Shown here piece after piece: positions 26,029-39,402 of a stretch of DNA of 64,000 bases (position 1 is its first letter; each line of letters opens with the position of its first letter). The notes under the pieces are model-generated. The model had not been told where the DNA came from. It made no database searches and saw only the letters and a program-made list of their open reading frames with translations. The stretch covers positions 124,930,001 through 124,994,000 of the forward strand of contig OX597814.1 of NCBI GenBank assembly GCA_951406725.2, read 5' to 3'. A program made the translations under genes and the position numbers. The stretch comes from Octopus vulgaris (Eukaryota).

Positions 26029-26541
26029 TATGCAATATATCAAAGTTGACAGCTCTAAATGCCATTTCCAGTCGTTGTTATCATCCCGTAGACAGTCCAG
26101 GCACTTAAAATAGCATGTTGTTATTTAACCTCAGATTAGCCATGAATTAGGAGGCCTATGATCAAAAGTGTTCCAACCATGAACATCCCGACTTTTTATG
26201 TATTTATGACTATTATATTAAAAGTGTTGCTCTCCTATATGTCTTGAGTTGAATTTACTTGTTAAGATCTTATATTATTTTGTTAATAACACCGAAATAA
26301 AGCGAATCACCAGGGATGTAACTCTAATCAGACTAATAACACTTAGTGGGTTTCCTTAGTTAGATACTAATATACTAATGAATTTTTATTGTTTTCTTTT
26401 CTTATGTGATAACAGTTATAAAGAAATGGAAATTAAAAAAAAGCGAACAATACGTGTGTGTGTGTGTATATGTGTAACCGTGTAAGTTATTGTGTATGTA
26501 TATACATATGTGTATACACACATATATATACGGATACAAAC

Positions 26542-26603
<62 letters not shown>

Positions 26604-26699
26604 ATGTGTGTTTATGTTCAGCTTTAAGAAAAGCAAATTTTACATTAATCTGATGGGTTACTCTATAATTTTGCAGACCACAAATTTATTATTCTCGAA

Positions 26700-27098
26700 C
26701 AGGAGTGACTGTGTGGTAAGTAGCTTGCTTACCAACCACATGGTTCCGGGTTCAGTTCCACTGCTTGGCACCTTGAGCAAGTGTCTTCTACTATAGCCTC
26801 GGGCCAACCAAAGCATTGTGAGAGGATTTGGTAGACAGAAGCTGAAAAAAACCCGTCGTGTAAATTGTATATATATATGTGCGTGTGTTTGTGTGTCTCT
26901 GTTTGACCCCCAACATCGCTTGACAGCCAATGCTGGTGTTTACGTACCTGTAACTTAGCGGTTCGCCAAAAGAGACCTACAGAAGAAGTACTAGTCTTAT
27001 AAAGAATAAGTCCTGGGGTCGATATGCTCGACTAAAGGCGGTGCTCCAGCATGGCCGCAGTCAAATGACTGAAGCAAGTAAGAGAGTAAAAGAGAGTA
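26700..27098 (+). mobile_element. SINE family B
   Basis: Homology to the other family B copies. Confidence 0.9.
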
Positions 27099-28420
27099 GG
27101 ATTTTTAAAGTATCAAATGGTTATGATGGTCCACCCAAGTAAAATAAGGATCACAGGGGACCATAGGTAAAAATAAATTGTTGAGAACCCCTAATTTAAG
27201 CTAACAAAACCTGGGAGAAGAAGGCCTTACGCAATGCAGCGAAATCCAAAAGGAAGCCACAAGGCCGAACCCCCCTTTTGTCTCCACTGAGGACAAATGT
27301 ATAAAAACTTCCCATCCCTTTAACTTGATTGTATTCATGCCAATTTTCATTAGTGCATTCGGTTATGTTAATAAATGCCTAAGTCACAACCTGGAGAAAC
27401 TAGGATTTTCAAGTGAAGAAAGAGACCAGCGAGCATGAACTTTATAGATACCGACTGTAAGTGGAACAATAAAAATATACAAGACTTTCTTAAAGTTCAA
27501 TTTGTAACAATTATGAATGTTGTTATCCAAATTCGAATGGTGGAGCATTGTTAGAAACCAGCCCCCTTATTTTAGAAGGAATACTAAAGAATAAAAAGCA
27601 GAAAAAGACATATATAATAATTGAAAAATATAAAGCCTTTCTTTTTCTCAATCATACCCTTCTAAAAATTGTTTCTCATTCCCCTATTTCACTTCTATTT
27701 CTCTTTAATTTCCATACACACACTTTTTTTTCTTCTTATATTCACTTTCCTATTCTGTTTACTTTATTACAACTTCAGAAACAGACAAATGTCTCCGATA
27801 AAGACGAAATTTTCTTCCACTATTATATATATATATATTGTTTCGTGAAATTACATTTTTGAATGATTGCTTCAACTTTGAGTGTAAATAGAAAAGATAC
27901 AGGTAGCTTGTTCTATAAACTGATACAATATAGAATGTTTTTTTTTTTCAGTAACACATAATTTTCCATAACACGAGAAATACATTCTGTGTTTAAGAGG
28001 GAGTTTTCAGTAAACTTATTGAAATAACAAAATAGAAGAAAAGAACTCAAAGCGGGGGGAAAATGGTTTTTCTAACATAAAATTACTGATTTTTGTCCAG
28101 TTAGTTAAAGTAGATTACTTGGCCAAAAAGTGTGATTACGACCTGTAATTCCCACTGAAAATAAAAACCCATACAAAATCCCTGGTATTGTGGGTATACA
28201 ACAATGAATAAAGTTTTGTATCAGTTGGTGATGTACACGAATTCGCAATAACATATGACCTTTATTACAATTATACATTCATGTCCAAATGTCTGCAATA
28301 ATTTAACTGTTATGAAATGTATGTATATATGTCTATGCATGTGTATGTGCATGTACATAGATACACACACATACATATCTATATAAGTATATATATATAT
28401 GTGTGTGCATAGAGTAGTAA

Positions 28421-28735
28421 AGTGGAGGCGCAATGCCCCAGTGGTTAGGGCAGCGAACTCGCGGTCGGAGGATCGCGGTTTCGATTCCCAGACCGGGCGT
28501 TGTGTATGTTTATTGAGCGAAAACACCTAAAAGCTCCACGAGGCTCAGGCAGGGGGTGGTGGCGACTCCTGTTGTACTCTTTCGCCCCAACTTTCTCTCA
28601 CTCTTTCTTCCTGTTTCTTGAGTAACGCTGCGATGGAGTGGCGTCCCGTCCAGCTGCGGGGAACACATACGCCATAGAAACCGGGCCCATGAGCCTAGCT
28701 AGGCTTGAAAAGAGCGCATAAAAAAATAAAGTAAT
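28421..28735 (+). mobile_element. tRNA-derived SINE family C
   Basis: Head GGAGGCGCAATGCCCCAGTGGTTAGGGCAGCG...GGTTTCGATTCC and A-rich tail. Related sequence at 40745-40830 and 42217. Confidence 0.88.
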
Positions 28736-28844
28736 AAAAAAGCAGAAAATTCCATAGAAGATTCATAATTGTCTTGTACAGCTGTTTCTATAGATTAAAA
28801 CAGCACTAGCTATATAATTACATAATCAATATACAAAACTGATA

Positions 28845-29208
28845 AGGCGGTGAGCTAGCAGAAACGTTAGCACGCCAGGCGAAATGCTAAGCGGTATTTC
28901 CTGTCTTTACGTTCTGAGTTCAAATTCCGCCAAGGTCGACTTTGCCTTTCATCCTTTCGGGTTCGATTAAATAAGTACCAGTTATGCACTAGGGTTGATA
29001 TAATCGACTTAATCCATCTGTTTGTCCTTGTTTGTCCTCTCTGTGTTTAGCCCCTTGTGGGTAGTAAATAAATAGGTATTTCGTCTGTCTCTACGTTCTG
29101 AGTTCCGCCGATATCTACTTTGTCTTTCATCCTTCCGGGGTGGATAAATTAAGTACCAGTTGTGTACTGGGTTGATCTAATTTCTGGCATTTTGCCTAGA
29201 GTAGAAAA
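28845..29208 (+). mobile_element. SINE family A
   Basis: Homologous to 10636-11011. Confidence 0.9.
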
Positions 29209-30289
29209 TTATATACAAAACTGAATTAAATGCGAACGGCTATCCATATTGTGTGTATGCTTGTTTTTGAGTGTACGTGTGAGTGTATCTGTGTGTATGG
29301 AGAACAGGGTGTAGTGAGGCCATTTCGACTGCCTACATTTAGTTTACTCATGTCTCATGCGTTTTTGACAAATTTGGGCTCGATGTCAGTAAAGATAACC
29401 TTTTCATAACAGTACGTGAAAATCTATTCATTTTTATCTTTTATCACTCGGCAGACGTCACTTAATAGAGAACAGTTTTGCCCAACTTCTGATGTTTCAT
29501 TCCGATAGCAGTTATTTGTCAAGTCTTATTATATTTGGATTTCAAGTTAGTATCTATTTCGGCATAGCCTCGACAATATTTCTGTTAGTAAATACGTGTG
29601 CATTAAACTGACTTTTTCTTCTTCGATGACCATATATCTGTGTAATACGCTTTATAATACAAATTATTCCATCGGCACAACAGTGTATAAATATCTAAGT
29701 ACATTTTCCATAACATTTTCTACAACATAAAGTATCTAATTGACTTATTGATATAAGTTTTCACAAATACATTCCTGTAAATTGTGGTAAATTATATCTA
29801 GAATTTTCCATGTTCGAATTCTATATTTAACCTGTATTCTCAAGCCATGTACAGTTGAATTATTGTTGTTTTAGAATGCCAGCAAGATCCACAAAGAACT
29901 ATTTTCTCTGTGTGTAAATAGCAAAAGAAAAGAAAATTACATGCAACCAATTTTCGTTGTTATATTTACGAAAAAAACCAATGAAATATCCTATAAACAC
30001 ATACATACATACATACATACATACATACATACATACATACATACATACATACATACATTTCGAAGTGAAAATCTGGTAAAGCTAGCATTTTCAAGCAGAG
30101 AAAACAGTTAACAGGCACTTCGCAGATAAAATTAGTTGCCAGAGTTTCCTAAAGTTCAATACGTAAAAATCATCGACGCTGTAATCCAAATTCCAGCAAT
30201 GGAGCTTCTGCTTCTGTTTTGAAAATCATCTTTCTTCGAGGGAAAATTCTTTTAAATAAACAAAGCAAAGCATCCGCATCTATCTATCA

Positions 30290-30455
<166 letters not shown>

Positions 30456-30603
30456 TTATCTGTCTATCTATCTCTCTGTCTGTTTGTCTGTCTACCTCCC
30501 TGCCTGCCTGCCCGTCTGTAAGTCTGTCAATATATATGTATCGTCAGTAAATCATAAATCTGAAAACGAAGCACACTCTAAGTTAAAGAGCAGATGAGTG
30601 TTT

Positions 30604-30786
30604 AAAGATAGATTTGACCATTTATGGGGTTGTCCTGGGTTTCACGTCCATAAAGCGCTTAGCTTTATAGTGTTTCTTCAGATCTTAAACCTGTTGGCCA
30701 ACAGGTTTAGGTCTGAAGAAACGGTGTAAAACTAACAGCTCAATGGACGTGAAACCCAGGGCAACCCCATAAACCGGCCATATTTT

Positions 30787-30790
<4 letters not shown>
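30604..30790. mobile_element. Palindromic element with two back-to-back hammerhead-like motifs
   Basis: Spacer-less 24-bp centre (30686-30709). Each arm reads CTGAAGA-A-AC...CGT-GAAA-CCCAGG(G/A)CA-ACC. Abuts (TA)n. Confidence 0.75.
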
Positions 30791-30852
<62 letters not shown>

Positions 30853-31212
30853 ATATATATATATATATCTTTAGTTAAATATATTCAATGAGAATATTAT
30901 TTACTGAATTTATATTGAGTGCTCTATTGTATCAAAGTATTAATACTATTAAAGCATTTATGTATTTAATACGAGCGATTATATATATATTTTTAATATA
31001 TTATTATTAATATCAGGAAATCAATATTAGAAAATTCTTCAGAAAGATATATACGTGTGTAAAATAATTGTTGTATTAGAATAAAATATATATAAATATA
31101 TGTAAATTTGTATAAGTATAAATATATAATAATAAATATGACAGTTTAAAAGTTTCGAATTAAGTTTTGTTTTTAAAGCATCTTACGATCGTTTCGCAGA
31201 AGTGCTATCCCT

Positions 31213-31760
31213 ATAATGGAATCCTATATTGATAAGCATTATAGACAACACTTCTCCTCTTCAGAGATATAAAATGTGAAATTTGTATAATTTATCGAAT
31301 GGTAGCTTTTTTAAAAAATATGAATTAATATGGGGAAATGGTGTTTGTTTGAAATATAAGTTAAAAATTAAAAATTACTGCTTCTGATTTTGGTAAGTAC
31401 ACTTTAGTATGAGAGTTTTTAAATCCATATATGCTTCCTTGGTAAGTAATAATCCATAATAGTTATGTGTAAAATCCATTATATTGTCCGCTATTCCAAA
31501 TATAGTCCATAGACTTAGAGAATATAGAATAATGGAATCCTGTATTGATAAGCATTTATAGACAACTCTTCTGCTCCTCAGAAATATCAAATGTGAAAGT
31601 TGTATAATTTAACGAATGGTAGTTTTTTAAAATTATGAAGTAATATAGGGAAATGGTGTTTGTTTGAAATATAAATTAAAAAATACTGCTTTTGATTTTG
31701 GTAAGTATGAGAATCATGAAATTCAGATATGCCTCCTGTGTAAGTCTTCTGTAGTAATAC
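31213..31760. repeat. Diverged direct tandem duplication (~317-bp period)
   Basis: ATAATGGAATCCT(A/G)TATTGATAAGCATT... starts at ~31213 and ~31530 and stays collinear for >220 bp. Confidence 0.85.
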
Positions 31761-31796
31761 ATAATAATTATGTATAGATACAGGACAATATAATGG

Positions 31797-31847
<51 letters not shown>

Positions 31848-31911
31848 CACTGTACGTTTATAACAAATGCTTTCTCGAGACGAATGCCGCAGTTTACAAG
31901 ACTTTCAACTG

Positions 31912-31970
<59 letters not shown>

Positions 31971-31996
31971 TTTATTTTAAGCAGCAGAAAATTCAA

Positions 31997-32045
31997 CAAA
32001 ATCTGTTACTCTGAGTTTCTCGTTGCCGTTCATCAGACAGTTTTT
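31997..32045 (-). ncRNA. Minimal type-I hammerhead ribozyme (mirror copy)
   Basis: Exact reverse complement of the plus-strand motif. Confidence 0.85.
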
Positions 32046-32050
32046 GCTAG

Positions 32051-32100
32051 AAAAAACTGTCTGATGAACGGCAACGAGAAACTCAGAGTAACAGATTTTG
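32051..32100 (+). ncRNA. Minimal type-I hammerhead ribozyme
   Basis: AAAAAACTGT-CTGATGA-A-CG GCAA CG-A-GAAA-CTC A GAG-TA|ACAGATTTT. Intact core, stem I CUGU/ACAG, GNRA-capped stem II, predicted cut after 32090. Confidence 0.85.
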
Positions 32101-32196
32101 TTGAATTTTCTGCTGCTTAAAATAAAGCATATTACTCTACCACTGGTATTTGAGTACTCTTTTTTCCACCTTGTTTCACATTTATGTGTTTACTCC

Positions 32197-32266
<70 letters not shown>

Positions 32267-33202
32267 ATACGTATATAGATTGCTAATTTGAACACAATTT
32301 GGGGATATTTTTCTTCAGAGATATTGTTAAAGCACCTTATCAGCGTTACTTCATTTCTCCTCGTTTTCACTCTCTCACTGTATACACACATGTAAATACA
32401 AACACACGCACTCAAACACATGCCTGCACACAATACACACACACACTTATACACGCGCGCGCGCACACACATATTGTTTCGCCTATAGCTGATCTCTCAT
32501 AGTTTTGCCAACTCAAGAGGGAATGTTTGCTAAGCCTGGCAAATGTTCATTGCTTTTACCAGTTGGATTTCAATATCGTAGCTACCTTCGCCTGCTGCTT
32601 CCAGATTTTAATCACCTCTAGAAGAAGCTTTACTTGCTGATGATCGAAGTCTTTTGACTCACTATATTACAATTGCGAAACCCTATCGAAGCTGATAAAT
32701 TATACAGAAATGCTTTATGACTACTTTTGACTTTTCGCTGCCCCTGTCTTTTTTAGGGATGGTTTTATTATTGGAAATATTGCTGCTGATCTTAATGATT
32801 CATTCGCTTCCTTATTTGAACTAAATTTTTACATGGTTTTCTGTAAAATATTGTCGGTGAATTTTATGACTCATCTGCAAAACATTGAATCATCGTTTGA
32901 CTTTTTGAAGTTGGAGGTAATTTATAAAATAGAATTTTTGCATGCCATAGATTTCCCCCATCAAATTATCGTGGTCCGACAACATTTTACCAAGATATAT
33001 CCGTATCGTTCCTCTGTTACATGACAGTTGTTGGTCCCAAGTGAATTAGACGAATTTATATGGCGAGAGTTATTTGGAAAGAACAGATTCGAAGTATCTG
33101 GCATTTTATACCATATCATATTCCGTAGCCTCCTAAATAAGTTTTGCTATAAAATCCTTTGAATGCTGATAAATAACGAAATGTTTTCTTTATTGTTTCT
33201 TT

Positions 33203-33373
33203 ATTTGTTTCAGTCATTTGACTGCGGCCATGCTGGAGCACCGCCTTTAGTCGACCAAATCGACCCCAGGACTTATTCTTTGTAAGCCTAGTACTTATTC
33301 TATCGGTCTCTTGCCGAACCGCTAAGTGACGGGACGTAAACACACCAGCATCGGTTGTCAACGCACAAACATA

Positions 33374-33460
<87 letters not shown>

Positions 33461-33626
33461 ATGACTGACTTCTTTCAGATTCCGTCAACCAAATCCACTC
33501 ACAAGGCTTTGGTCGGCCCGAGGCTACAGTACAAGACACTTGCGCAAGGTGCCACGCAGTGGGAACGAACCCGGAACCATGTGGTTGGTAAGCAAGCTAC
33601 TTACTACACAGCCACTCCTGCGCCTA
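33203..33626 (-). mobile_element. SINE family B
   Basis: Homology to the other family B copies. Confidence 0.9.
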
Positions 33627-33692
33627 AATAACGAAATATGATACTTATGTATTCTATTGATAAAATGAGTGTGTGTGTATGTGTGTGTGTGC

Positions 33693-33724
<32 letters not shown>

Positions 33725-34978
33725 GTTTGTTTGCTTGTAAGTGTTATGTTAGACAGCTTGAGAGTTCCACTAGTAAAATATAACCGAGTCGAACTTGTTG
33801 CATGCTTGGATCGTCAGCGACTACATTGACACTCCCACAAAGCTTGCTCGGTGGGGTGGGTCATTTTGGACACCCTACAGGATAAAAAGGCTAAAAAGCA
33901 AGATTTGCTCTGTGTGACACTTTCGTTGTTGCTGGGAGCTAATATTTCAATACATTTCGATAGTATTTCGTCATCACGCAATCAATGGAGAGAAGCACTG
34001 ATGACATCAGGTAAAAATAGAGGTTCATTTGTTGCACACTGTACCATCTCTTTCTGCACTTTCTTGATTTCTTATAAGTAATCAACCCAAAGTTGGAGCA
34101 GCTGCAACATTACTAACAAGACAATTATTCTATTTTATTATTTCCCGAAAATCTCTTCGTTGCTCTCAAGCTCTCACATACTTCAATCTAATATATGACA
34201 AAGTATTATGAGCTTCCTTCTGTTGTCCACTAACCACTTCTCTACTTCCTTCCTAAGTCTAGTCTCAGCCACGTAGATTTACTACATGCACACAGTATCC
34301 CACATACAATGAACCTATTGTACGTCGACGACTTTGTGTGTTATATCTCTCTCTGTCATATTCTGAACAGCCACTTCATCTTGCCACTCTGTGAAATACA
34401 CAATAGGACAGAGATATTACTTATACATTAGGAGTTGAACATTTCTTACGAATCTGCTTGAACATTCTAGGTAATAACAATATTAAGAATTACTCACACA
34501 CACACACACACACAAGAGTGTGTGTGTGTGTATCTGTGATATGCAACAAAATTAGTTTTAGATTAAAATAGCCATCTGTATATCATACTGAGTATGAGAG
34601 AGAAAGAGAGAGAAGGGGGGAAGAAAGAAAGCATCAGCGGGTGAGGTCCAGAGATGTTCAATAAAGAAAACACGTATAGTACTCAAACGATTTGCTCTCC
34701 GAAGTCTTTATCGAGGTCTAAGTCTGCTGGGTAAAAAGCGACTATAAGAGGGAACCAGGAAAGTAGATATAAAGACAGTTTATTTGCATGTCTCTCTCTC
34801 TCTTTTTTTCTCTCTCTCTCTGTATGTATGTATACGTATGTCTGTGTGTGTATGTATATATATATATATATATATAAAATAAAGGGTAAAATTAATTAAT
34901 TAATTAATAATTAATAATTCTACCAAGTAGTGTTCGGCATGTTAAAAGGACCATTTCGGTAAACTTAAACAATATTTT

Positions 34979-35097
34979 TTATAATTATGAGTATAATTAT
35001 AATTAGGGTTCAGCAAAAAAATTTGCATAGCCATAAAGTTCGGTATGTGGTGAAGCAAATTTTTTTGTTGAACCCTAATTATAATTATACTCATAAT

Positions 35098-35102
<5 letters not shown>
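34979..35102. repeat. Fold-back, 48-bp arms (1 mismatch), 28-nt spacer, between (TA)n tracts
   Basis: TTATAATTATGAGTATAATTATAATTAGGGTTCA(G/A)CAAAAAAATTTGC and its reverse complement. Confidence 0.92.
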
Positions 35103-35129
<27 letters not shown>

Positions 35130-35400
35130 AAGTATGTATATGTATGTGTGTATATATGTGTATGTATATATACATATACATATATATATATATATACATA
35201 CACACACACAAACACGCACACACTCACACACACGTATATGTGCAGGCATGGTTGCGTGGTAAGAAGCTTGCTTCCCAACCACATGTTTCCACGTTCAGTC
35301 CCGCTGCCTGGCACCTGAAACAAGTGTATTCTGCTATAGCGTGCAGCTGGTTAAAGACCTGTGAGTGGATTTGGTAGATGGAAACTGAAAGTAGTCCGTC

Positions 35401-35441
<41 letters not shown>

Positions 35442-35941
35442 TGATTTTTTTTAAGAACTAAGAGAAATACTTCACTATGGCCAATAGCACGCATATAAGT
35501 AACATAGAAAAACGTAGGTACACTGAATACTATACAAAGTAAATTCGGGATTTATTAAAACTAGGACGTGTCACAATTAACATGCGGCAATTGAGACCAG
35601 TTCCATATGAGAATAGGATATATGTATGTATGCATATATATATATATGTATAATAATATCAAAACAGTTTGATTCAAATTCGTTGGTACTCTTGTGTTTC
35701 AAGTATGATGCTAGTCGTCACCCATTTTAAATTTGAATGACAGAAGTTGATTGCTATTGCCGGAAGGTGTGCTGCGATTGGTCGAGGAAAGTCACGTGGT
35801 GTCGTGGTTTGATGTTGGTATATGAGTAACAGTTAGTTGGATAATACGGCATGGTGAACAGAAAATGGCCTCGTGGAGAACATTCGAATTCAAAATGGCT
35901 GACGACATAAATATATTTACATATCTATGTATACATATATA

Positions 35942-36168
35942 CAGGATTGGTCAGAAGTCACCTGACACTAAATCAAAGTTCCATAAATGCTATATGTAAT
36001 TCTGTTTTGCCTTGAATGAAAAACTGTGTCGTGCAAGAAGGACTTCAGTTTGAACAATTTTCATGATGTTTTATATTTAGATGCTTTTATCAAATTCATT
36101 CTGTTGTTAAACAAATCTTGAAATTAAATGGTTTTGATTTACTGTCAGGTGACTTTTGACCAACTCTG
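35942..36168. mobile_element. Tc1/mariner-type MITE (227 bp)
   Basis: ~36-bp TIRs CAG(GA/AG)TTGGTCA(G/A)AAGTCACCTGACA(C/G)TAAATCAAA, with TA TSD. Confidence 0.88.
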
Positions 36169-36214
36169 TATATATAGATACACATACACACACACACATA
36201 TATATACACTATAT

Positions 36215-36296
<82 letters not shown>

Positions 36297-36479
36297 ATAT
36301 ATATTTTTTCTCTCACTGTTTTTTCTGTGTACCATTCTATAGAAAAGCCTAGGCTCAAAAAGTAAAAGACTTTTTCTATTCCTGAGCGCTATACTAATAC
36401 ATCTGTTTGTTTTGTACACCACCTGTCTTCGTCTTTTGTTTTTTTTCGTAAACTTTCCCTATATATATATATACATACA

Positions 36480-36785
36480 GACAACGTGAAAAAACATTCG
36501 AGCGAGGTCGTTGCCAGTGTCGCTGGATTGGCTTCAGGACTGACATGTAAAAAACACCATTTGAGCGTAGCCGTTGCCAGTATCGCCTGACTGGCCCTCG
36601 TTCCGGTGGCACGTAAAAGCACCCACTACTCTCTCGGAGTGATTGGTGTTAGGAAGGGCATCCAGCTGTAGAAACTCAGTCTGATCAGATTGGAGCCTGT
36701 TACAGCCATCTGGTTTGCCAGTCCTCAGTCAAATCATCCAATCCATGCTAGCATGGAAAGCGAACGTTAAACGATGATGATGATG

Positions 36786-36790
<5 letters not shown>
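36480..36790 (+). mobile_element. RTE-related 3'-end repeat (family E) with (GAT)n tail
   Basis: GCCGGTGGCACGTAAAAGCACC...CATGCTAGCATGGAAAGC..ACGTTAAACGATGATG. Related copies at 46570, 47660, 48450, 50745, 52500 and 58540. Confidence 0.85.
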
Positions 36791-36822
<32 letters not shown>

Positions 36823-37089
36823 TTCCACAAAGTTTGAGAGACCTCCATGGCGTGGACGAAGGGTTGTTTCAAAACAAAACTAGATCTCCTTCAGTCAAGG
36901 GTTCCGGATGAAACTACCTCTAGGCAAGAAACACATATGAGGGCAGCAACACAAACTCCCTCATCCACCAAATATCACATATTAGGTTTAGTGAATGTGT
37001 GACAAAGTAAACGGCGGTGCCCCAGCATGGCTGCTGTCCTTGGACTGAAACTAAAAGAAAAAGATAATATATACACATACATACATACC

Positions 37090-37167
<78 letters not shown>

Positions 37168-37221
37168 TACACACACATACGCATATACATGCACACACAT
37201 GTATATATATATATATACATA

Positions 37222-37264
<43 letters not shown>

Positions 37265-37863
37265 TAAGGGTTCAAAAATCAAAGAGTGTTCACAATAAGC
37301 TCCCCAACTGCTGCGTAACTTTTGTGAAAGACTGGGGATGTAACCTCCCTGTGTAATCTCATCGTTGTCCAAAAATGTAGAGTGGAGTATATATAGTAAA
37401 AATTGATCATAAATCAGAGAAACGATGTTTATTCCATTAGCTGATAGGTGCTTTGTAATCTGTGTTAGTCAATAAAACGAATGTACATCATCCGTCATTC
37501 ACGTATAAATAAATATACATATAAATGTATAGATACATCCATAAATATAATTGCACGGTAGTGTAACGAACAGATAATACTTCGGAATATTTCATGGCAA
37601 GGCAAACACCAAGCTCAGCTATAAATTGTAAATAGTTTCATTATATAGCTACATACCATATATGTAGCTGGCAGATTTCACTCTTTACAAATACTAGAAT
37701 TACGGAGAAGAATTAACGAAGCGATAACAGTCGACAGATACGAATTTAGAAAAAGAATACAGTAAAATAAAGTAAATAACTGTCTAAGGACGTGATGTTG
37801 CGCCTCTGATATCCTAAAGGTGGACAAGCAACAATAGCAGTGATAATGCCATAAGTACAAGAG

Positions 37864-38196
37864 CACAGACAAGAAAATATGTCGAATCGACTGGCGGCCT
37901 GTTCAAACATTGTCTGAGAAAACACAGGTCTTCTTTTAGAATACCAGAGAGGCACAACATCGTGTCCTTGACCAGCGTTTAAGAGAGGAGTGTACGCCAT
38001 ACACAATGAATTGGAAGCTCCTAGGGAAACCATGGCCATACTCAATGGGAGAAAATGTTGTAGACTTTGTTTTGCCGAAAGGGCAAACATTCTGAAAAAC
38101 TCACTCGACCCGGGGTCCTTTTTAAACTCCAAATGCGAGATGTTTTGTCAGTGCCCTCATCAAAGAAAATTCATGTTAGAAATATGGAATTCATAA
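37864..38196 (+). pseudogene. Penelope-like GIY-YIG endonuclease fragment
   Basis: RKYVESTGGLFKHCLRKHRSSFR (YIG-like) ... MNWKLLGK ... CRLCFAERANIL...FLNSKCEMFCQCPHQRKF, frameshifted. Confidence 0.8.
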
Positions 38197-38424
38197 TTTG
38201 CCGAGCAGGAAAATACTGCTAGCCTTAAACATCTCCAGCAAACCCGTTGCTGACATAACCCATACCGGTCTAGGGGGTTTAATTCCATCTCGCCCAAGGA
38301 TTTTCCAGTAAAGTTTAGCCCTGGTACTTTTGTTTGCAAAATTAACTGACCATGACGTTTTTCTGCCTCCATTTATAGAGATTTTATGTGCTTCGGCCAA
38401 TTGAGTCTGACAATTCGTCTATGA

Positions 38425-38910
38425 TAATTTAACGTCCGTTGTCCACGCCGGCATAGGTTGGATGGTTTAGCTGGAGTTGGTAAAGCCAGGGGCCGCCCCA
38501 GGCCCCATTGCTTCTTCTGGCATGGTTTCTACGGCCCTTCCTAATACAAACCCCTCCAGAGAGTGTTGTGGATGCTTTTAACATGGCACCAGTACGATTG
38601 CATTTTATGTAGCATACGTACCAGTATCAATTCAGTGGTGGTAGACAGGTCTTCTTCAGTATAGCAATGCACCAGATACCTCGGTCCTTAGTTATCTCCT
38701 TCGTAAATCTCAGTGTCTTGAGATTGGCCTTCCATACTTCGTCCCATGTCTTCCTGAGTCGCCCTTTTCCACAAGTTCCACCCACTTTAAGTGATCGGCA
38801 CTTCTGTATACTACTGTTTCCATCTGTATGTATGACCTACCAAACCAGTGCAGTCTTCTCTCTTGCACACTGCATCTAATTCCTCTTATGCCCAACTTTT
38901 TCTTTTCCTC
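38425..38910 (-). mobile_element. RTE LINE 3' fragment joined to the family E tail
   Basis: [19 protein letters not shown]...; the 3' UTR is homologous to family E. Confidence 0.85.
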
Positions 38911-38955
38911 AAAACACTAATGCTCTGTTGTACATGTGCACATGTATGTATGTAA

Positions 38956-39027
<72 letters not shown>

Positions 39028-39402
39028 ACATATATATTTCAAAAGTTAGACAGAGAAGGGAAAAATAGACGAAAACGGCGAAAATATAACGGACAGAAAA
39101 GGGAGACAAAACCATGATACAAGGCACATTCGCAGCTGATTTTTTCATCAGTTGGTTTCCAAGACGCCCTAGTGGTTTCACGCTATTCAAAACCAAGGCT
39201 ACTGTTATTAATGGCAGCTCCACAGCATAGAGCAACAGGAAAAGGTTGACGAATGTGTGCGAGAAGACAATAACATTGCGTGTACAATAAGAAATATTGA
39301 CAAGATATAACAGACAAGGAATGAAATAGATAGGTAGATGCATACATATACATTGTATATAACATATTATATATATATATAAACACAGTATATATTTTTT
39401 AT

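Larger units (their letters stand above)
31970..32127. mobile_element. Perfect 158-bp fold-back (76-bp arms, 6-nt spacer) between (TA)n tracts
   Basis: Arms 31970-32045 and 32052-32127 are exact reverse complements. Confidence 0.95.

Noticed and set aside
36900-36945. CGGATGA...GAAAC motif (and CTGAGCT...GAAAT on the minus strand near 37590-37622)
   Set aside because: Core mutated and stems unsupported; too degenerate to call.
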